Shown here in pieces: positions 8,930 through 16,725 of a stretch of DNA of 37,479 nucleotides (position 1 is the stretch's first letter; each line of letters opens with the position of its first letter). The notes beneath the pieces were generated by a model. That model did no database searches. It had not been told where the DNA came from and was given only the letters and a program-made list of their open reading frames with translations. Made by a program: the position numbers and the translations under genes. The DNA comes from an uncultured Lachnospiraceae bacterium (GTDB lineage Bacteria > Bacillota > Clostridia > Lachnospirales > Lachnospiraceae): the NCBI GenBank assembly GCA_964425065.1, contig CAYRLN010000001.1, positions 1-37,479 of the forward strand. The letters are read 5' to 3'.

Positions 8930-10243
8930 TTGTTAAACGGAAAATTTGATTTTCTCGATAAAGTGAATAATGACAAAGTGATTGTAGGTTATGATTTGGG
9001 AAACAGATACTCCCAAATCAGTTACAGCCTCGGTCAGGGGATGGTTCCCGAAACGCTTTCCCAGGTGGCAGGAAGCGAGCAATACAATGTGCCCACGGTT
9101 CTGTGCAAACGAAAAGGGGTAAATCAGTGGTTTTACGGAAAAGAGGCACTGAAATACGCCCGGGAAAATGAGGGAACCCTGGTGGACAATCTCCTTGAAC
9201 TGGCAAAAGACGGGGAGATGATATTGATAGAGGAACAGGAATTTGATCCTCTGGCACTTCTGACGCTGTTCATACGAAGGAGTCTTTCTCTGCTGAGCCC
9301 CATCTGCTCTCCTGACAAGATTGCAGGCATCATGTTTACCTGCGATGATTTGGAGCAGAGCATGGTGTCTATCTTAAGTAAGGTTACTTTGAGTCTGGGA
9401 CTGAAGACGAAAAATATATGCTTCCAGAGTCATGTGGAGAGTGTGTATTACTACAATCTGTACCAGCCGTCAGAACTTTGGAACCAACAGGTGCTGTTGT
9501 ATGAATACCGCAATGACGGAATCAAGAGTTACCGCATGGAGTGTAACAAGCGTACGACCCCTATTGTGGCTTTTATCCATATGGAGAATCATCTGTTCAG
9601 AAGTCCCCTTGCCATTCCGGAGGAGGATTATCTGCGGGTGGACGCTTTTCGGGATATGGACGGCAAATTTTTGGATATCGTGACGAAGGATTGCGAAAAC
9701 AGGATTGTGTCCTCGGTATATCTGCTGGGGGAAGGCTTTTGCGGCGACTGGCTGCAGGAGTCGCTAAAGTTTTTGTGCCGCAACCGCAGAGTGTTCCAGG
9801 GAAATAATCTGTTCAGCAAAGGTGCCTGCTACAGTATGCTGGAAAAACAGCAGGCCAGCGAATTGGGAAGAAGTCATGTTTTTCTTGGAAATGAGAAACT
9901 GAAAGCCAATATTGGCATGAAAGTGGTGCGCCGTGGAGAGGATTCCTATTTTGCGATTCTGGATGCGGGAAACAACTGGTTTGAGGCCACGGGAGAGGTG
10001 GATTTTCTGCTGGAAAGCGGAAATTCCTTTTCTATAATGGTGACGCCGTTAAACGGCAATGTGGCAAGGAATGTGGAAATCTGTCTGGAAGGACTGGAGG
10101 AGAGACCGGCGGGGACAACGAGACTCAGGCTTCTGGCAGATATGATTAGCGAAAATAAGGTACAAATCAAGGTGGAGGATTTAGGTTTTGGGGAAATATT
10201 CCCCGCCACCCACAAAAAATGGAAAGAAATTTTGGAAGTATAA
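8930..10243 (+). CDS. DUF5716-like protein with a degenerate Hsp70/DnaK-like fold
   Basis: VGYDLGNRYSQISY resembles DnaK GIDLGTTNS; VPTVLC...WFYGKEA resembles TPSVV...VGEAA; C-terminal LEGLEERPAGTTRLRL...IKVEDLGFG resembles the substrate-binding beta domain. TTG start with a GGAAAGGA RBS. Confidence 0.75.
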   Translation: MLNGKFDFLDKVNNDKVIVGYDLGNRYSQISYSLGQGMVPETLSQVAGSEQYNVPTVLCKRKGVNQWFYGKEALKYARENEGTLVDNLLELAKDGEMILIEEQEFDPLALLTLFIRRSLSLLSPICSPDKIAGIMFTCDDLEQSMVSILSKVTLSLGLKTKNICFQSHVESVYYYNLYQPSELWNQQVLLYEYRNDGIKSYRMECNKRTTPIVAFIHMENHLFRSPLAIPEEDYLRVDAFRDMDGKFLDIVTKDCENRIVSSVYLLGEGFCGDWLQESLKFLCRNRRVFQGNNLFSKGACYSMLEKQQASELGRSHVFLGNEKLKANIGMKVVRRGEDSYFAILDAGNNWFEATGEVDFLLESGNSFSIMVTPLNGNVARNVEICLEGLEERPAGTTRLRLLADMISENKVQIKVEDLGFGEIFPATHKKWKEILEV

Positions 10244-10252
10244 GGAGATATC

Positions 10253-11089
10253 ATGGGTAGAGCGGTAATGCTGTGCGGAAGTGATGCAAAAACTCCATAT
10301 CGATTTATTAATCCGGACGTGCTGGTGTACACGATAGAGGAATTGTGTTTTATCCTTCGAGAGAACGCTTTTCTTTTGGATGTGGATGTCATGGATAAAA
10401 GGCTGGTAAACTGGATTGATACCGAGTGCGGTTTACATGCATTGGCTGCGTCGTTGTATCCTTTGATTCACCAGAAAGGTACGGTCACTTCTTTTGTAAT
10501 GACCATATTGGAATATATGGGCAATTACACCATGGAAGAGTTGAAAGAGACGGAGAGACTGTTAAAACAGGGCGCGTCATTAAGTACCTATGAGAAGTAT
10601 AAAAAGAGAATTGACTACATGGTGGGGAATGGAAAACTGGTACAGGCCATGTCGGAATATGATGAGTTGCTTGCGATTCTGCCACAGGTGGAAAATGAGT
10701 TGAGTGCCAAGGTACTTCACAACAAAGCAGTTGCCATGACCGGCCTTTATTTATTTGAGCAGGCCGCCGAATGTTTTTTGAGTTCCTACGAAATGTACCC
10801 GGCAAGGGAAACTTACATAGAGTATCTGGCAGCAAAGAGGCTGGCCCTTGGGGAAGAGGAGTATATTTCTTTTGTGGCAGGCATTCCGGAAGCCTATGAG
10901 GATTCACTGGAACTGGAAAAACGGGTGGAAGAAATTACGGAAAGCTGGCAGAATTGTTTGAATAAACGGCGTTTGGATCAACTGGGAGAATGGAAGGAAG
11001 ACGGTAGTTTTTCCAAGTATTATGAAGAGACAGAGAAAATGATACAGGGACTGAAACAAAGTTACCGTCATAACATCAGCGAATCATAA
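10253..11089 (+). CDS. Hypothetical TPR-like helical protein
   Basis: GKLVQAMSEYDELL...AKVLHNKAVAMTGLYLFEQAAECFLSSYEMYP fits the TPR pattern; AAGGAG RBS. Confidence 0.7.
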   Translation: MGRAVMLCGSDAKTPYRFINPDVLVYTIEELCFILRENAFLLDVDVMDKRLVNWIDTECGLHALAASLYPLIHQKGTVTSFVMTILEYMGNYTMEELKETERLLKQGASLSTYEKYKKRIDYMVGNGKLVQAMSEYDELLAILPQVENELSAKVLHNKAVAMTGLYLFEQAAECFLSSYEMYPARETYIEYLAAKRLALGEEEYISFVAGIPEAYEDSLELEKRVEEITESWQNCLNKRRLDQLGEWKEDGSFSKYYEETEKMIQGLKQSYRHNISES

Positions 11090-11099
11090 GGAGCAACAA

Positions 11100-12290
11100 A
11101 TGGGTATTTTCAAATGGTTGTTTGGAAGGAAAAAGACAGAAGAACCGGAAATTACGGAAGAAAATAAGGAACTTGTCTATGAGCGCGACAGTATCGATTT
11201 TCATGAAGAGGTAGAGCGCGGAAGATATTTGATGAATTGCATCGAGCAGATAGGAGAGGCGGAAAGGGAACTTGATTTGCTGAAGGGAGAGTATAATCTG
11301 GTCACCTCCTATCTGACGGATATGGAAGAAATAGAGGCGCTTCCGAAAGAAGAAGCGGAAGAACTGAAAGTGGCGGCAAGGCGGATTGTCACTTTGGAAA
11401 AGGATATGCAGTCCTTGTCGGAGAAGAAGAGCCACATGAGTGACAGTGACTACAAAAGAATGCAGGGGCAGGAAGAAGAAGTAGAAGAAGGTATCGCCAA
11501 AATTAAGGAGGCAGAAAAATACCGCAAACTGGTGCAGCAGGACCTTAGCCGTCTGGACGGGGAGAGAAATGCGTATCAGTACCGTAAAAGTGAACTTAAC
11601 ACAATGATGGTCAATTTAAAAGGCATGACCACAATCTGGCTTGTGGCTCTGCTGGCATGTATGATTATGTTAGCGGTTCTGCGTTTTGGATTTGAAATGG
11701 ATGTGGCCATCGGCTTTTTGGTTTCCGTAGGTGTGGGCGCGGTTGCAATTACATTCCTATGCGTGAAATATATTGATGCGCAAAATGAAATGGCGCGGGT
11801 GGAAAAAGCCTCCAATAAACTGATTCTGTTGCAGAATAAGGTTAAAATCCGCTATGTCAATAATGTGCAGTTGTTGGATTATCTTTATATGAAATACAAC
11901 GTGGAAAGCGGACAGAAACTGGAAAAACTTTGGAAGACTTACCAGCAGGAGAAGGAAGACCGGAGACAGTATGCAGAACTGGAAGCAAAACTGGTATATA
12001 ACCAGAAACAGCTTTTGAAAATCCTGAAGAGATACCAACTGAAAGATCCTGACAGATGGACCCATCAGGCGCTTGCGATTATTGATGAGAAAGAGATGGT
12101 CGAAATCAGGCATGGCCTGATTGTGAGAAGACAATCCCTGCGAAGCCAGTTGGATTATAATCAGAAGGTGGCGGAGACTGCCAGCAACGAAATTAAGGAA
12201 GTGGCGATGTTGTATCCCCAGTATAAGGCGGAGATTACGGATTTGCTTGACAAATATCAGGGAACCGGATTGGAAGTGCAAAATGACTGA
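11100..12290 (+). CDS. Hypothetical membrane protein with two central TM helices flanked by long coiled coils
   Basis: Hydrophobic hairpin TTIWLVALLACMIMLAVL...IGFLVSVGVGAVAITFLCV; E/K/Q-rich heptad-like flanks; AAGGAG RBS. Confidence 0.75.
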   Translation: MGIFKWLFGRKKTEEPEITEENKELVYERDSIDFHEEVERGRYLMNCIEQIGEAERELDLLKGEYNLVTSYLTDMEEIEALPKEEAEELKVAARRIVTLEKDMQSLSEKKSHMSDSDYKRMQGQEEEVEEGIAKIKEAEKYRKLVQQDLSRLDGERNAYQYRKSELNTMMVNLKGMTTIWLVALLACMIMLAVLRFGFEMDVAIGFLVSVGVGAVAITFLCVKYIDAQNEMARVEKASNKLILLQNKVKIRYVNNVQLLDYLYMKYNVESGQKLEKLWKTYQQEKEDRRQYAELEAKLVYNQKQLLKILKRYQLKDPDRWTHQALAIIDEKEMVEIRHGLIVRRQSLRSQLDYNQKVAETASNEIKEVAMLYPQYKAEITDLLDKYQGTGLEVQND

Positions 12291-14082
12291 ATTGAGAAGA
12301 AATAATGAACCGGGCATTCAGCAGATTGATATAAGCAGAAAGCCCGCAGCGGCAAGGCCCCCCCAGAGAACGAGAACGAATCAAGGTCCCCAGGGAAGGC
12401 CGCCGCAGAACAGACAGGCACAGGGCAGGACGCCTGTGAGAAACAGGAGAAAAAAACAGAGACGCAGCAGAGGTGGCTACGGTTTTGTTGCATTGTTGCT
12501 TTTACTTGTTTTGGTGGTTGGCGTTGGCATTTATCTGCAGGGAAGAGTGGAGACTGCCTATGTCCTTGAGGCAGGAGACAGTATTGTGGCGGAAAAACTG
12601 GTTCTCCGCGGGAAGGCTGTTCCTACAATTCTTGAAAATTTGACAGAAGAGGAAATCCATACCCCCGGCGAGTATGAGATTAAAGCAAGATTGTTCCCCT
12701 TTACTTATACGGTGAAGGTTACGGTACAGGATACCGTGGCGCCCCAAGCGTCCGGGGTATCTGTTTTTTGTAAATACGGTACGGAATTGGCAGTGGAGGC
12801 ATTTGTGGCGGATGTAGTGGACGCTACGGATGTGACCTATGCTTTTGAAACGGAACCGGACTTTGGAAAAGGCGGAGAGCAGGAGGTTGCGGTAATCTAC
12901 ACGGATGAGGCCGGTAACCGTACAAGAGTGGTTTCCACTCTGTATATTTCCAATTTGATGAATGAACTGGTGATTGAGGCGGGAAACCCTGTGCCGGATG
13001 CCAGAGAGTTTTTGGAAAAAATAGAGGGATTTGATAATACAGAGGTTTATTATATCACCGACACCGGTGAGATTGATACGAGTATAATTGGTGAGTATGC
13101 CATTTCTATTTTGGTGGATGGCAGAGAATCACAGGTTTCGCTTATCGTCCGGGATACCATTGCTCCGCAGTTTACGGTAAAGCACATTGATGGCTGGACA
13201 CTTAAGCCTCTTATGCCGGAAGATTTTGTGGTGTCAGGAACGGATGTGACAGACATAACTTACCGTTTTGCAACAGAACCGGACTGGACGAAGGCCGGCA
13301 GCGGAAGCGTGGAAATCATTGCCGTTGATGCGGCAGGAAACACAAGTTTCCAGATTGCCTCTTACAAATTAACGGCGGACACTGTGGCACCGGAGGTTTC
13401 CCTGAGCACCATAGACATTATTATCGGGGAAGCGGTTTCCTACAAAAAAGCAGTGGGATATTCTGATAACGCGGATTCCAAGGACGAACTGAAATTGGAA
13501 ATTGATAATTCCAAGGTGGATCCCAATACGGAAGGAACTTATACGGTTACTTATACCGTTACGGATACGGCGGGAAATTCCACAACGAAAACCGGTGAGG
13601 TTTACGTTTTGGCAGAGAAACCGGTTTACTATGATGAGGATCTGGTAAACGAAAAGGCAGATGAGGTTCTGGCACAGATTTTGAAGGACGGTATGACGCC
13701 TTTGGAGAAAGCCCGTGCGATTTATAACTGGGTCCACGGAAAAATCGGTTATATCAATCATTCGGAAAAAACAGACTGGGTGCGTGGTGCGTACGAAGGA
13801 CTGGTAAAACGGCAAGGCGATTGCTATGTTTATGCTTGTACCGCCAAGGTGCTTCTGACAAGAGCAGGCATCGAAAACATGGATATTGTAAAATCCCAGG
13901 TAAACCCGTCCCATTATTGGAATCTGGTTAATTTGGGTGAAGGCTGGTACCATTTTGATGCCACGCCCAGAAAAGATAAGACTGTATTCTTTATGTGGAC
14001 GGATGCCCAACTGATGGAGTATTCCGAGAGCCATAAGAATACCCACATTTATGATGCAAGCCTTTATCCGGAAATTAACTAG
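12283..14082 (+). CDS. Membrane-anchored transglutaminase-like protein with Ig-like repeat stalk
   Basis: R/P/Q-rich N-tail, one TM (GFVALLLLLVLVVGVGIYL), repeated DT(V/I)AP and D-x-AGN modules, Cys-His-Asp triad (GDCYVYA, SHYWN, HFDAT). ATG 12283 overlaps the upstream stop. Confidence 0.8.
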   Translation: MTELRRNNEPGIQQIDISRKPAAARPPQRTRTNQGPQGRPPQNRQAQGRTPVRNRRKKQRRSRGGYGFVALLLLLVLVVGVGIYLQGRVETAYVLEAGDSIVAEKLVLRGKAVPTILENLTEEEIHTPGEYEIKARLFPFTYTVKVTVQDTVAPQASGVSVFCKYGTELAVEAFVADVVDATDVTYAFETEPDFGKGGEQEVAVIYTDEAGNRTRVVSTLYISNLMNELVIEAGNPVPDAREFLEKIEGFDNTEVYYITDTGEIDTSIIGEYAISILVDGRESQVSLIVRDTIAPQFTVKHIDGWTLKPLMPEDFVVSGTDVTDITYRFATEPDWTKAGSGSVEIIAVDAAGNTSFQIASYKLTADTVAPEVSLSTIDIIIGEAVSYKKAVGYSDNADSKDELKLEIDNSKVDPNTEGTYTVTYTVTDTAGNSTTKTGEVYVLAEKPVYYDEDLVNEKADEVLAQILKDGMTPLEKARAIYNWVHGKIGYINHSEKTDWVRGAYEGLVKRQGDCYVYACTAKVLLTRAGIENMDIVKSQVNPSHYWNLVNLGEGWYHFDATPRKDKTVFFMWTDAQLMEYSESHKNTHIYDASLYPEIN

Positions 14083-14084
14083 CC

Positions 14085-14113
14085 TTGTATTGTAAATAAA
14101 AGTGTGCTAATAT
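14085..14113 (+). promoter_or_regulatory. Sigma-A-type promoter of the racemase/Dlt-like operon
   Basis: TTGTAT-N17-TAATAT with TG in the extended -10 position, 45 nt before the racemase ATG. Confidence 0.55.
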
Positions 14114-14158
14114 TGTAAAGGCATTTTTGCCAAAGTGATTTGAAAGAGTGAGCGAGAG

Positions 14159-14866
14159 ATGAAAACCCTTGGAATAATCGGCGGTCTTGGTCCGATGGCA
14201 ACGGCTTATTTCATGCAGCTTGTCATCGAAATGACAGAGGCGGCTACGGATCAGGAACATATTCCGATGATAATATACAATTGTCCCCAGATACCGGACA
14301 GAACAAAATATATGCTTGGTTTATCCGGGGAAAATCCGGCTCCTTATATTGCAGAGTGCGGACGGAAGCTTACGGCGGATGGGGCGGATATTGCGGCAAT
14401 TCCCTGCATTACGGCCCATGCCATGCACGAGCAGATACAGGATGAGGTGGATATCCCCATTATCCACGCGATAAAAGAAGTGGTAAATTACCTGCAGGAG
14501 AGAAAGGTTTCCAAAGTGGCATTGGAGGCCACGGACGGAACGATACAGGTGGCAGTGTTCCAAAGGGAACTTCAGAACGCCGGGATAGAAGTGATTTTGC
14601 CTTCAAAGGCAAGTCAGGCCAAGGTGATGAGCATTATCTATGATAATGTGAAGGCAGGAATCCCCGTCAATATGCAGGCGTTCGAAGAAGTGGAGACGGA
14701 ACTTTTGGGACAAGGCGCGGAAATGATTATTCTGGGTTGCACGGAACTTTCCATGGTGAAGCGGGATTATAAGTTACGGCACTGCTATCTGGATGCCATG
14801 GAAGTTTTGGCGAGAGCGGCCGTAAAAGAATGCGGAAACTTGAGAAAACGTTATGAGATTTTATGA
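14159..14866 (+). CDS. Aspartate/glutamate racemase family protein (aspartate racemase-like)
   Basis: LGIIGGLGPMAT, DQEHIP and IPDRT motifs; two catalytic cysteines in PCITAH and LGCTELS. Confidence 0.9.
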   Translation: MKTLGIIGGLGPMATAYFMQLVIEMTEAATDQEHIPMIIYNCPQIPDRTKYMLGLSGENPAPYIAECGRKLTADGADIAAIPCITAHAMHEQIQDEVDIPIIHAIKEVVNYLQERKVSKVALEATDGTIQVAVFQRELQNAGIEVILPSKASQAKVMSIIYDNVKAGIPVNMQAFEEVETELLGQGAEMIILGCTELSMVKRDYKLRHCYLDAMEVLARAAVKECGNLRKRYEIL

Positions 14867-14910
14867 CCGGAATGAAAAGACCGGATATATAGAAGAAAGG
14901 CATATGAGAA

Positions 14911-16431
14911 ATGCAAAATCATGTACTTGATTATTTAATTGATACGGTAAAAAGAGTGCCAGACAAGATTGCCTTTGCAAATGAAAAAGATGCGCTTACA
15001 TTTGCAGATGTGGAAAATCAGCATAAGGCAGTGGCAACATTTCTTTCCGATAAAGGCATTTATAAGGAACCGGTAGTGGTATTTATGAATAAGCATCCGA
15101 AGACGATTACCGCTTTCTTTGGTGTAATTGCGGCAGGTGACTTTTATGTGCCGATTGATGAGGAAATGCCCAGAGTCAGAATTGACCTGATTTTGGAAAA
15201 TTTAAAACCCAGGGCAGTGATCTGTGATGAGAAGACAAAAGCAATAGCAGAAACCTTTCATTTTGAGGGGGAGATTTATCTCTATGACGAGATGATTCAG
15301 ACTCCTGTAAATGCGGAAAAATTGCAGGAAATACATGATAAAGCCATAGATACGGACCCGATTTATGTGGTGTTTACTTCCGGTTCCACGGGAGTGCCCA
15401 AGGGCGTTGTGGCATGTCACCGCTCTGTACTTGACTATATTGAACAACTTTCGGAAGTGCTGGAATTTAATGAGGATACGGTTTTCGGCAATCAGACACC
15501 GCTGTATTTTGATGCCTGCCTGAAGGAACTTTATCCCACACTGAAATTTGGTGCTACCACCTATCTTGTGCCGAAGAGTTTGTTTATGTTCCCCATCAAA
15601 CTGGTGGAATTTTTGAACGAACATAAGATTAATACCGTGTGCTGGGTGGTATCCGCCCTGACCATGATTTCCGCCTTCGGTGCATTTGATAAGGTGAAAC
15701 CGGAATATTTGCACACCATCGCTTTTGGTAGTGAAGTGTTCCCTATCAAGCAATTTAATTTGTGGAAGAGTGTGCTTCCAAATGCGAAATTTACCAATCT
15801 GTACGGTCCCACCGAGGGAACCGGCATGTGCTGTTATTATAAAGTAAACAGGGAATTTGCCCTGGATGAGGCCATTCCTGTTGGACGTCCTTTTAAGAAT
15901 ACGGAGATTATTCTTTTGGATGATGAAAATAAGAGGGCAGCGGAGGGGCAGCCCGGTGAAATCTGTATCCGCGGTACATCCCTGACAATGGGTTACTATA
16001 ACAACCCGGAGAAAACAGCGGAGGCCTTTGTGCAGAATCCGCTGAATACGGCTTATCCGGAACTGATTTACAGGACCGGTGACATCGGTAAGTATAATGA
16101 GTATGGGGAACTGGTATTTGTATCCCGTAAGGATTATCAGATTAAACATATGGGACACCGCATTGAACTGGGAGAAATTGAAGTCAATGTCAACATGATG
16201 CCGGAGATTAAATTGTCCGGATGTATCTACGACAGCGTAAAGGGCAAAATAGTACTTTACTATGTGGGAGATATTGAGACCGGTGAACTGACAAAGGCCC
16301 TGAAGGACAAGTTGCCCAGATACATGATTCCCAATTATGTAAAGAAGCTGGATGAGATGCCTCTTACACCCAACGGTAAGATTAACAGAGTTTACCTGAA
16401 ACAGAAATATCAGGAAGAAAACGAAAAATAG
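14911..16431 (+). CDS. Stand-alone amino acid adenylation enzyme (DltA-like architecture)
   Basis: A3 YVVFTSGSTGVPKG, A4 FDAC, A5 NLYGPTE, A6 GEICIRG...GYYN, A7 YRTGD, A8 RKDYQIKHMGHRIELGEIE, A10 PNGKINR. Confidence 0.92.
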   Translation: MQNHVLDYLIDTVKRVPDKIAFANEKDALTFADVENQHKAVATFLSDKGIYKEPVVVFMNKHPKTITAFFGVIAAGDFYVPIDEEMPRVRIDLILENLKPRAVICDEKTKAIAETFHFEGEIYLYDEMIQTPVNAEKLQEIHDKAIDTDPIYVVFTSGSTGVPKGVVACHRSVLDYIEQLSEVLEFNEDTVFGNQTPLYFDACLKELYPTLKFGATTYLVPKSLFMFPIKLVEFLNEHKINTVCWVVSALTMISAFGAFDKVKPEYLHTIAFGSEVFPIKQFNLWKSVLPNAKFTNLYGPTEGTGMCCYYKVNREFALDEAIPVGRPFKNTEIILLDDENKRAAEGQPGEICIRGTSLTMGYYNNPEKTAEAFVQNPLNTAYPELIYRTGDIGKYNEYGELVFVSRKDYQIKHMGHRIELGEIEVNVNMMPEIKLSGCIYDSVKGKIVLYYVGDIETGELTKALKDKLPRYMIPNYVKKLDEMPLTPNGKINRVYLKQKYQEENEK

Positions 16432-16455
16432 ATTTAAAATTAAAGGAGATTAACT

Positions 16456-16698
16456 ATGGACGAGAAGATTTTGGAAACATTAATCGAGATTTTAACTGAT
16501 TTACACCCTGACGTAGATTTTGAAACCTGTGATACACTTATCGATGATAAGATTTTAGATTCTTTTGATATTGTATCCTTGATTTCTGAGATTAACAATG
16601 AATGGGATGTAACTGTTCCCGCAGACAAAATTGATCCCCAGTATTTCAATTCCGCAGCTGCTCTTGCAGAATTGATTGAGGAACTTTTGGACGAATAA
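16456..16698 (+). CDS. Acyl/aminoacyl carrier protein (DltC-like)
   Basis: 80-aa acidic protein with LDSFDIV phosphopantetheinylation motif (Ser codon 16561-16563); strong AAAGGAG RBS. Confidence 0.92.
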   Translation: MDEKILETLIEILTDLHPDVDFETCDTLIDDKILDSFDIVSLISEINNEWDVTVPADKIDPQYFNSAAALAELIEELLDE

Positions 16699-16725
16699 AA
16701 AGACCAATGAAAAAGGTGTAATACG

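Noticed and set aside
10220..10243. C-terminal EILEV of the Hsp70-like protein as an EEVD-like TPR-binding tail
   Set aside because: No terminal Asp and only weak similarity; likely chance.
14865..14886. GACCGGA direct repeat between the racemase and adenylation genes
   Set aside because: Only 7 bp and two copies; not distinguishable from chance.
14911..16698. NRPS or fatty-acid-amide secondary metabolite cluster
   Set aside because: No condensation or thioesterase domain in the window; MBOAT + SGNH point to envelope acylation.
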